64,000 nucleotides of DNA. Origin: Enoplolaimus lenunculus. Taxonomy: Eukaryota. The notes below the pieces were generated by a model that saw only the letters and a list, made by a program, of their open reading frames with translations, did not search any database and was not told where the DNA came from. Shown here one piece after another: positions 48,601 to 60,600 of the stretch. The translations under genes and the position numbers were made by a program. Numbering within the stretch: position 1 is the first letter of the stretch; every line of letters starts with the position of its first letter. The stretch is from NCBI GenBank assembly GCA_030248215.1, contig JASANG010001414.1, positions 682,001 through 746,000 of the forward strand, given 5' to 3'.

Positions 48601-51600
48601 TAAAGTTCACATTTTCAACTTTTCTCATCGATAACTAAGCGGATTGAATACGAGGCCAATGTATAGAACAGGGCCGCAACAGTAGACAAGCAAATTCCTA
48701 AGCCTAAGCCTAAGCATGAGCCTAAGCCTAAGCGTATGGATGGGCCTATTTCTAAGCCTAAGTCTAAGCCTAAGCAAAAAAGTGCGTCTAAAGCTTAAAC
48801 TGACTCTATGGCGGACCCGCCGGAAAACGATCCGGCCCTGTTCTATACATGGGCCGAAAACGAAATAGATGTATTTTTTGACCAAAAGCACTAACCGACC
48901 ATTCTGTGGCTTCAACTAATGTTAGCTCTGTTGGTGGATAATCATAGTGTTCTGCTTTTGCTGACGTCCGACGGTGTCCGTCAAAATTGGCACAGTAGCA
49001 ATAGAACTGAAATCCGGAAAATGTGCTGAAATTTGAACCTCGCTCACCATTGACTGGCTCCAAAGCTACAACACTTATCACCAACTGACAATAGATACTG
49101 CATAAATTTGAGAATACGAGCCTAAAATTAGATACCAGGGTTTTCATTACTTCAAACTTTTCGCCACATACTGCTACCGGGAAGCGTTAACCCATTATTG
49201 TGCCCTCCAAAAAAGCTGTTTATCAGGTCAATTTGGCGTTGTTTGACAGCTGGTAATAGAACGCAACAAACATACCAATTACCATTGTCTTTTTTGGTCA
49301 CTATTGTAACTAAATCAACCATGTGTTTTTTAAAAGCAAAGTTTCTAGGCTTGACTTTTAAATTTAAGGTTATAGTTCAATTCGACCCAACACAATCGAA
49401 TGCAAAGTTTGGTAGCTATGTGTCTAGCTTGCCGTTGCTATTTGATTTCAATTCCACAAAGACACGGTTCGCTGCGTACTAAAGCGTTGTACTTTTTTGG
49501 CTGCAAATATTTTTGAGACCATTTACAGAATTCAATTTGTGTAGGAAAGTTTCTAGGCTTGACTTTTAAATTTAAGGTTAGTTCAATTCGACCCAACTCA
49601 ATTGAACGAAAATGTTGGTAGCTATGTGACTAGCTTGCCGTTGCTATTTGATTTCAATTCCACAAAGACACGGTTCGCTACGTACTAGTGTTACGCTTTT
49701 TTCGGCTGAAAAGTGTTTTAAGACCATTCACACAATTCTATTTCTGTAGGAAAATATTTTTTTACCTCAATCGCAATGTGTGAAGTGTTCTGAGGCGGAA
49801 CGTTTTTCTGCGGGATTGCAATAGACTAAGGTTAAATTTTAAACTAATTTTTTGCTTAGGCTTTGGCGTGGATATATGCTCATTCTTACGCTTAGATTTA
49901 GGTTTGTGATTATGCTTATAATACTGTAACGGTCCGTGTAGTCTCTATAGAGAATATATTTCGACAGGAGAACCTGTTTAGAATAGAGAACGCAAAGTTT
50001 GTTGAGTATTAATTGTCTTCAACAGCTAAACATAACTTTTGACTCTATTTCAGCCAACTTTTTTATCTTCAAGCATTCAGAGGCAGATCCAGAAATTTCT
50101 GACGGGGGGCGGGCTGCCAAATGTTATGAAGCGTAAAAATTATAAAGTAGGGACTTTATCATTTTATCACAAAAAATTTTCTGAGGGGGAAAACTGTTAG
50201 GTAAGAAGGGACCTTATCATTTTATCGCAAAAAAATTCTGGAAAATTTGTATTCTTTACAAAAAAATTCTGAGTGCAAAATATTGTAAGGTAAGGACATT
50301 ATCATTTTATCACAAAAAAATTCTGACGGGGGTGGGGCGTACGCCCCCCCGTTTCTTTTCTGGGTCCGCTAGTGCACGCGTTTACCTTTAAATACGAAAA
50401 CATTGTTGCGTTTGGCTTTCAATCGATTTTGTTTGAGCCCCCTTGATGATTTCTTCTCTGAAGTCATTCGGTATAGTTAAAACTTGAGCAGAAGCCAATC
50501 TTGCGAGTATTTTCAGCAGCGAATCCAGAAATTTCTGACAAAAGTGAGGGTGAAATACAATAGTGGCAAAAGCTCACGAGCGAATCGCCCAAGCCTATCG
50601 CAGTTCTAGTCCTAAAATTTTGGTTTAACACAAAACATTTGATTTTGAGGTCGTTTGGGGGGTGCTAGGGCAGCAGTACCCCCATGGATACGCCAGTGAG
50701 TACAAATTAGTAATTCAGCTCTATCTTTCAAACTATTAATGCAATTTTAGATCTTAGCAAACTTGGCAACATGCTTTGAACTGTAACGTCTATTAATACT
50801 AAATATCTATGTCTATTATTCTACTCACCAAACTTTACAGCAATAATCTTTCTATTAAAGCTGGAATACTACACATACGTACTTTGGGCAACTTTCCAGC
50901 ATTAACTTGTTTACAATATTATTTGTAAAAGAACGTGATTGTTTTTGAGAAGAAGATTTGCGCACAGATTGTTGGGTATTCGATAACTTTTGCGCTTTGC
51001 GCTAAACTGGCTGACTAGTATTCTGTGTTTAGAATAAAAAAGATTGAGAATATTGCTTTATTTATCCCGAAAAGTTTGAACTTTGTAGCGTCAATTGTGG
51101 GCGACGATGTGTAGATATCCATGCGCACGTCAAAGTATGCCGAAGAGGTAAAACACCTTATTGGCTGAACTATTTTGCGTTGACGGCCAATCAGAAGCTT
51201 TCTGCGTTGATGGCCAATCAGAAACGCAGTCAGAGGGAGGGCCAAGATAGAAATAGGCCGCACCAATGACAAATTTATTACTGTAAATTAAACTGAAGGT
51301 CGACTGAAACAAATATACTTAAAACCAAGCCATATATTTTTAAGTAATTAATGTCGCACTTCTAAAGCCGGAATCCTGGTTCGGCCTCCCAATCAGAAGT
51401 TACCCGAAATTTTGACACTAAAGATTTGCGCTACAGGGATGTTATTATTTACGCTTCTTTCTTAAGGTCCATCCCAATTAATAAACAAATTTTTATGGAA
51501 ACACAATAAACATCCATTTCGACCTGCAAAGATTGACTTGAAATGCAAGGGTGGAAACTTGAAACCAAGTACGGGTTAGGCTCATATTTGTGGGCCGTAG

Positions 51601-54600
51601 ATTTATGTACGTACCCGGCCTTGGTTGGTCCTCAAGCCATGGCTTGGACCGATTCTAAACCTGCGATCACTAATTGATAATAGATGCTACACATATTTGA
51701 GAATACGGTAACTGATTTCAGGTCATTTCAACGTACGCGCTCCTCGGAGGCGACGCTGATGACGACTACGATTTTCAAATGCTCGAACAAGAACTGGTTG
51801 CGTCAAATCGTACCAATTGTAAACACGGAACCGGAAGCAGCAATCGTCAAGATTTACACCGACGATATAATAACACCAAACAGTATCAACACCAACAGCA
51901 ACAACAGCAACAACTTCAACAACAACAACAACAACAACAACTGCAACAACAACATCGTCATTCAACAGCAAACAAATCTCGATATCCGCCCAAAGTTGCA
52001 ACGTCGCTCAAACAAATTTGGATTGATTTTTGCTCAAGGACCAGCTCGCACGGCGTTCCGCATATTGCCGCGAGTAATTATGTTTTGGGCAAAATTTTTT
52101 GGACGACAATATTTTTTCTGTGCCTCTTTGCGTTTATCTATCAAACGTATTTAACCATCGCACGATACACTAATTACGATAAAATTATTGAGATGGAAGT
52201 AAGTTTATTTTACGCAGTTGGTTTCGATTTTACAAACTACTTCTCAGCGTACGCCTATAAGGGGCCCTGTTAGCTTAAGGGGCGTCCAGGTTTCTGGTCG
52301 GTCTATCAAAGTGTCGGTTTGGATCTAGATTATATTTCTTTGCTCAGGCTTAGGCTTAGGCTTAGCCTTACAAACACATTTTTGCAACGCTTAGGCTTAG
52401 GCTTAGGAATACGCTTAATCCACTGTTACGCCCATTAAAGTAACAATGGTCCATATATGAATAAGCATAAGCCTAAGCGAAAGAATGGACTTATACTTAA
52501 ACGTAAGCCTAAGCCTAAGCTAAAATTCATTTTATAAGCTTTGATAGTTTTTTATTCGCAAAGGACTAAAATATCCAGCCATATATAATTGGCGAGAACC
52601 ACTAAATATCCGAACACGACAGACTTTCGTAAACATGTCTTTCTGCATTCAATATTTAAAACTGTATCACGACAATTCGTTTCTCGACAACTTGTAATCC
52701 GAAACTTCATCGGCTCGACAATTCATCGCAAATAATTATGCTTAGACTTATACTCAGGCTTAGGTTTACGCTTAAAATTTATGCTTAAATTTTAGGGTCT
52801 TTTCGGTTATCTCCCACCCCAGCCGGCGTTTCCGCCAAAGTGGTCGGATTTTGAAATTTTTTGCTTCATTCGATGCAGCTTACAGGACTGAGTCCAATGG
52901 TTTAAATTTGTTGTAATCAGCACACATAATTATGCTTAGACTTATAGTTAGGCTTAGGTTTACGCTTAAAATTTATGCTTAGATTTTAGGGTCTTTTCGG
53001 TTATCTCACACCCCAGCCGGCGTTTTCGCAAAAGTGTTCGGATTTTGAAATTTTTTGCTTCATTCGATGCAGCTTACAGGACTGAGTCCAATGGTTTAAA
53101 TTTGTTGTAATCAGCACACATAATTATGCTTAGACTTATAGTTAGGCTTAGGTTTACGCTTAAAATTTATGCTTAGATTTTAGGGTCTTTTCGGTTATCT
53201 CCCACCCCAGCCGGCGTTTTCGCAAAAGTGTTCGGATTTTGAAATTTTTTGCTTCATTCGATGCAGCTTACAGGACTGAGTCCAATGATTTAAATTTGTT
53301 GTAATCAGATGATTGGTTAACGAGTTGTTGTCAAATAACTGATTGGGCGCGCTGCCAACGATTTGGGTCGGCGCCAAATCAGTTATTGGACCATAGCTCG
53401 TTAACCAATCGTTTCATTGCAAACAATTTAACACCGTTGGACTCAGCTCCGCAAGCTGCATCAAATGATGTATAATTTGTTAAATTTTGGGACAAAAATT
53501 TTTTATGGACCTACTCGAATTTTTCAAAAATTTAAATTTGGGTGTGAAATGTTCAGAGCAAATCAGGAGAAGCTCAAATGTGTAAAAAATTTTCAAAATC
53601 CGACCACTTTTTGGGCCAGCGCGGGCTGGGGGGATAACCAAAAAGGCCCTAAATTTATTCACATGCTTTGGGATCCCGTTGGACGACAGGTTGTGGGGCG
53701 ACGCATTGTCATAGACCCATTAAAAACTATACGACCTGCACTTTGCCCGTTAAGTACACCTGTTTGTATGACGTTTTAAGCCAACAAGAGTCGTTTTAAA
53801 TGTATTATAGTCTGATTATTAAGCATTATGAAAAATTTCAAAATTTATTTAACTAAGTTTTCCAGTTTTCAAAAAGCAGAAACAAGAAATAAATAAATAA
53901 CTATGCAACTTCTTTGCAATATTTGCAAGCGGTGCCAACATATTCCTCGCAAATGTCGCAACGTTTCTGAAAATCTTCTTGTACAACAACGCGTAAACAA
54001 AATTCTTCCACTTAACTACGTCAACAAAATTTTAGTTACTATTAATTTACGTATTTAAAAATCAGATGAAACAATGCCCAAAATACGTATGTAGGGCGTT
54101 CCAGCTTTAATTATATATATTTTGTTCATTCACCTATCCTCGTATATACTTGCAAATATATCACGTCCAAGTTGTTGCGTTTAGTCCGTGGTTCTAAATC
54201 AAGTGTAAACTTAACGTGTTATTTCTAATATTGGCGACATGAAACTGCTCCCCGCCGGCTAATTAATCTAATCGAACGGCCAATGTAAAGAACAGGGGCG
54301 GAATAGTATTATAAGCATATTTCTAAGCCTAAGCCTAAGCGTAAGCCTCAGCGTACGAGTGTGCATACTTATAATACTAAGCCAAGCATATAAGCCTAAA
54401 CCAAGCAACAAATTTAGTCTAAAGCTTAAGCTTACTCTATTGCAGTCCCACAAAAAACCGTTCCGCCTTGATCTTTACATGGACCAATCGAACATTGCGA
54501 TAGCCGGTTCTATGTGTAACCCAAAGAATGAATACTGATTGGTGTTTTAAATTTCAGCTCAAATTTGAAGCTGCCCGATTCCCTGCAGTCACTGTGTGCA

Positions 54601-57600
54601 ATTTAAATCCGTTCAAAAATAGTGAAGTCCAACAAATTCCGTCAATTAAAAAATCGGTAAGATATTCTTGTTTAATAAAAACACATTTAGTACAAGCGAA
54701 AATTAAAGCTTATTCGTATTTTTTGTATTATACTACGTTAGCTGGTTTAGGGCTATATAAATATACAATATACAGCTAAAACTAACCTGAGTTAAGCTTA
54801 AGCTAATCCAGTAGTAATAAACTAACTTTGTAGAATAATTGAACAAACGGGTAGGATTACGCTTAAACTAATTTAAAATCTCACGTATTTCTAGTTTAAG
54901 CTAAACTTAGTGAACTCTTTGATACACATAATTAATGTCTGGGCTGCACTTGTTGCTTAATTTAAAAATAAGTTCACTTAAACTCGTGTTAAACTTAAAA
55001 ATGTGCTAGTTTAAGTAAAACTAAAAATTCTAGTTTAGTTATAAACTAATATTCAAGTTTAGTTAAGCTGTAATTTAAGTTTAAGTTTTTAGAGAGTACT
55101 ATACAAGAAATAGCTATATTATTCAATGTATAGAAAACGGTGTCGTAACAGTAGTATTAGTAAATTCCAATGCCTACGGCTAAGCCCAAGCTCAAAGATA
55201 CGCATATACGTTAGCGTAAGTGTAAGCAAAAAATAAGTCAAATGCTTCAACTTATTGCAGTTCTGCAGAAAAACGGTCCGACCGCGATCTTTACATGAGC
55301 CGCTATATATTAGTGGAAAGGTTTAAACCTATAAGTTGAATAACTGTACTACAGAAAAAGAACTGAGAGTCCCTTGGAGTTACGGCTTTGACAATCCATT
55401 TATTAATGTTTGCTTGACAACGGTGATAAGAGCAAACAGTACAAATACTGACGATATTAAAAAAACCTAAATTACTCGTCAATGAAAACTTGTAAACAAT
55501 TTAAGGTTTTACGGCCAATAAAGTAAACCAGTCATAGTGGGACTACATTTATTTAGCAAGCTCGAACACACGTAAGCAATTAAGGTAATATGCAAATTAG
55601 TTATTAGCTAACTATTCATTTATCGGTTTTGGAGGTTTGTAAGCAATTTCCTCAGATTCCTCGCAACCAAAAACCCTTCAGCCACCCTATAATTTTTGGA
55701 ATAATTTAAAAAAATCCTAATTTTGTCTTGTCAATTAAGCTAATATCCAAATTAACTATTAGCTAACTATTCAATTATCGGTTTTGGAGGTTTAAACAAT
55801 TTATTCAGATTCCTCGCACCCAAAAATCTTCAGTGAACCCTAAAAATTATTGAAATAATTTAAAAAGCCCTAGTTTTGTCTTGTCAATTAAGCTATTATG
55901 CAAATTAGTTATTAGCTAACTATTCTCAAGTTCCTTGCACCTAAAAACCCTTTAGTGCTGAAATTATATTGGTTTTAACCTTAATAATTAGTGAAATATT
56001 GTAAAAAGTCCTAATTTAGGCTTATAACCTTGCTAATATGCAAATTATCTATTAGCTAACTGCTCAATTATCGGTTTTGGAGGTTTGTAAACAGTCCACG
56101 CAGATTCCTCGCACCCAAAAACCCTTTAGTGCTAAAATTAGACTGCTTCTAACTGTAATAATTAGTGAAATATTGTGGAAAGTACTAATTTAGGCTTAAT
56201 TAATTATGCAAATTAGCCTGTAGCTAATAAACGGCTCCAAATTTTAAAACCCCAATGCGAGGTTAACACCCCAGGATTATTGGCTTTCAAACGAAAAAAG
56301 TTTATCAAAATCGGTTCAGCCGTTCCTGAGATTCTTTTCGGACGGACAGACGGACAGACGGACAGACGGATGGACGGACATCCACCTTTTGACCCCCAAG
56401 TACAAAACATAAAACGCTTCGCGAAACTCCGAGCTTCGCTCGGAGTTTCGCTTCGCTCAAAAATAGCGTATCCTCATTATACTGATCTAGCGAAACAGTG
56501 AATAATACAACAACGCGAATATCTTAAAATAAGGCAATATCGAAGTTCAGACAAAAATTAATAACTTTTTTCAGCTTATCATCAATTTTGATTTTCGAGT
56601 TAAATTTATGCGATACATTTACCTGTCAAAAACTGACATATACAACCCAAATAAACGGTAAGCCCTTTGGCAAATCATATAAAAAATTACAAAATTATTT
56701 CAGCTAGACGCATTCGAACACAAAGTCCTCCAGCACGCCCACGATATCCCTGATCCGTCGGCAGACGTGCCACCAGCCCACGCTACGACGACCACTCCCA
56801 AAATACCGTCGATCCCTGACAACCGCGAGTCTTTGCGCAACCGCCGCTCAACTCGTATTCAACTATTGTACGTTTTATGCAAATGTGCCCGAAACAATAT
56901 ATTTCATCATGAATGCACACCGCTGCGAGATCCATACGAAACTGATTATTCAAAATGTTTATGTTTTCAAGAAGTTACTTCAGGCAGCATATGGCCGTGT
57001 TATCATTTTAACGCGTGGTCACGTGATAATTGCAGTCAATGCAGCTTCAGCGGTGCCTGCAATTATCCGTGGAATCAAAAAGGTGCGTTTGTTTAAATAG
57101 TAACTCTTGCCGGAAATTCCGGCAATTTTGGTAGTAAAATTTTTGCATAATTTTCCTAAATTTATCTGTTTAGCGCGTATCAATTTATTTTTGTCACAAT
57201 TTTCATCAAAGAATTGCCGAAATTTGGCAGAAAATTAGCGTGAAACCAAACAACGTAACAACATTTGGCAGTTTTTGGCTAAAATTAACTAATTAACCAT
57301 TGTTTTTGCGACTTAATTTAGCCTAACCTCTGGCTCCGGATCCGGCAAGTTTCGTTGACCTCCGGCTCCGGTATTTTTTGCCTCCGGTTGCACCCTGGCT
57401 GTACCCAAATTTCAGCATGTTAGATGAGGGTCAATAATTTAACGAGGGACTCGTAGTGATTTTCGTTAGATCAGGGCTGTAACAGTAGTATAAGTATATT
57501 CACAAGCCTAAGCCTTCGGCGTATGCATAAATTATGCGTACAGACAAGCCTATACGTAAGCCTAAACCAAAGCCTAAGCTTAAACAAAGAATTAGTCTAA

Positions 57601-60600
57601 AGCTTAAGCTTACTCCATAGCGGTCCTACACATAAAATGGTTCGCCCTTTATGGACCGAATTTTCTAACACTTCGATGGAAAGGAGGGGAGAGGTACAAA
57701 AATTTGCTAACCGGACGTTTAGGGTATGCATCTCTGGTTTGTTCGCCAGGGTTATAGGGGTCCGCTGCAGAAAGTGACGTACCGACGAAATTAGCATTGA
57801 TGTGGGTCGACTCCGAAAAAACTATCAAATTATCGGTTTCTAGCATTTCGGTGGCAAACCATAATAGCAATTGTAACAGGCAGTGTCACTACTCAAAAGG
57901 CATATTCCTAATAACAAAAATCATAGTCCCTTTCCTATTTCTAGCGGCACTTGTTTATCGGCTTAGTTTGGAACCAGATGCTTGCACACAGATGAAAACC
58001 CAGCTACAGGTCGTAACTTAAGTAACCAGTTAGCGTGCAAAAACAATTTCAGGACGGCATGCGGTTGAAATAACAAGCTTACAAGCGGAACTCACATTTT
58101 GCTAGGGGCGAGCCCCTCTTCCCTTTGCCTCCCCCCTCTGGCTACTAAACCGTTCGGCCAATTGTTTTTGTTTGACTATTTTAGTGACTCACACGATTCC
58201 ATGCTTGTGCCAAAACGTATCGCATTCATGCATTGTTGACCGAATGACAAAAATCAACTGGTATAAGCCGTTCGATTATTACACAGTGCCTCCGCCGTTA
58301 ACAACAGCCAGTCCGCCAACCACCACAACGCCTGATCCTGATTTGATCGACGCTATGGGAATCGGGGTACTTGTTTACGTTCTATCCATTAATTTGATAT
58401 TAAAGCAAGAAGTTTTCACTTCACACTAGTGTTTGTTATTTTGACAAACATAAAAGCTTAACTTTAGGCCAGATGATTTAGCTAAACTTGAGCCCGTGAG
58501 CCTAACCACAAGTGTTTGACGTTTTTATAAATGCAGTCAGTACGTGGGAACTGGTAGGATTTATGTGAACCCGTAATTAAAACCGTTATCAGGCGTACAG
58601 GTCATTGCAGGTGTTTGAAAAAAAGCATATCGCACTCTCTAAAACCTTGGCCCATATTCTCAAATGCATATAGCATCTATCACCAGTTAGTAATAGGTTT
58701 TCAAACTAACGAACTGTTGCAGTTACAGATCTTAAAATTTGGACAGTAGTAGAAAAAGTGGAAAGCAATAAATGTGCTGAATTTCAAACTTCACCATTCC
58801 CTGCTTCGAAAGTTACACTGCCTATCACCAACTGGTAATAGGTGCTACACACTTTTGAGAATACGAGCTCTTAACCTTAAATCATAGCTTAACTAAACTT
58901 TATTAGTTTGAGTAAAACTTAAATTGGCAAACGTAAGGTTAGAAAACTAAAATAGTGAAAAAACGCCATAACTGTACGGAACGGTTAATTCTCATATTAT
59001 CTAAGCTATACTAAACTAAATTCGATTATATAAACCTCACTAAATCCTTATATTACTGATTAATTAATAAGCAGACATTGAGTTGCGCTGTACTTTATTG
59101 AGCCGGACGTCGGGGCGGTCCAATGGCTCGCGACGGCGTGCGGCAAACGTTTCATCGTGCCGCACGGCTGAGTCCTGCTGCATGAGGTAACGTGCGGAAG
59201 GCGTCCGGCGGCGCAAGGCAAATATACTGCAACCTTTATTCAGGTCTTGCACGCTTTCCTCACAGTTTATCGAAAGTTTTAGATTTTAGCAAAACTTGAG
59301 TTGGGCTTAGGATTAGGCTCCGGTTTAGGCTTAAACTAAGGCTTGCGTTTAAGTTTAGGTTTAGAATTAAGCTCATGGCGAGAAATGTTGCCAAGTTTTC
59401 TGAAGCAATGGGGGCTAATAAGTTTTTAGAACAATTTACATCTGCTTTTATCAAAAGCTTTTAAAGCCGTTTAGCTATAACCATTTCGGATATTTGAAGG
59501 ATATGAAGTGTGATTTTAAATATCTGGTAAAGTTTGCTCTCAATTTCACTTCTAACCGCTAAACCGAATAACTTTTAGTTTAGTTAGAAGTATCGACCAA
59601 CGTAAAGAACAGGTTCAGAACAGTATTATAAGCATATTCTAAAGTCTAAGCCTAAGCCTAAGCCTAAGCGTAAGAATTAGTTTATTCCTATGCCTAAACC
59701 TAAGCCTAAGCCTAAGCGTAAGGCTGAGTTTAATCTGAAGCCTAAGCCTAAGCCTAGGCCAAGCAAAAAAATTAGTCTAAAGCTTAAATTTACTCTATTC
59801 TAGTCGCACAGAAAAATGTTCCGCCCAATGAACGTCAAGCTTTTGTTGAATAAGTTTGTTTCGTTTGAATTTTAAGGATATGACTGATGGCATAGCGATA
59901 ACGAATTTGGCCAAAGAAAATATTATGTTCGCTGTTGGATCACTGCCACCGGATGTTCGTGAAAACATTTCATATTCAAAAGAAGAATTTGTCATTAAAT
60001 GTTCGTTCAATAAGCAACAATGTAATATTAAACAGTAAGTATTACTGTCATCATTGATGCTAAACGAGAGATATAAGTGGATAAAGTTTCGTTTACCCTG
60101 CCCGTGCGTTGCCCGTAGAAATTTGAAAACGTACTTTACCCGCGGCCCGCCTATACCTACGTTCATAGATGAATCTTAGTTGCAGGTAATCAATCCTCTT
60201 TGGTTAGGATTTCGCAGTCAAATCTTTTCAGAAAAGCACTGTCTTGTATGCCTGCTGAAAATTTTTTTAGACCCACCGTGTAGCAAGGTCGGCTGGCTAC
60301 GGGCTTGCATCTTAGCAATGTGAAAATCACGATATGTTTCTCAAGAATTTTGCCTATTATGCTCTAGCACACTGTAAAAAAACCAATATTTTCAATTCGA
60401 AAGATATGGGGGGTCGCATACATGGATCGGCCCGTGTTCGTTTAAGGGGCGTCCAGGTTTCTGGTGGGTCTATAAAAGAGTAGGTTTAGATGCTAGATTA
60501 CATTTTTGGTTGCTTAGGCTTAGGCTCAGGCTAAGGCTAAGGCTTAGCAGTTCATTTTTGCAACGCTTAGGCTCAGGCTTAGGCTTAGGAATACGCTTAA

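Noticed and set aside
51684..52154. 156-aa Asn-rich ORF overlapping degenerin exon 2
   Set aside because: Alternative frame; the HG motif and TM1 are in the Gln frame
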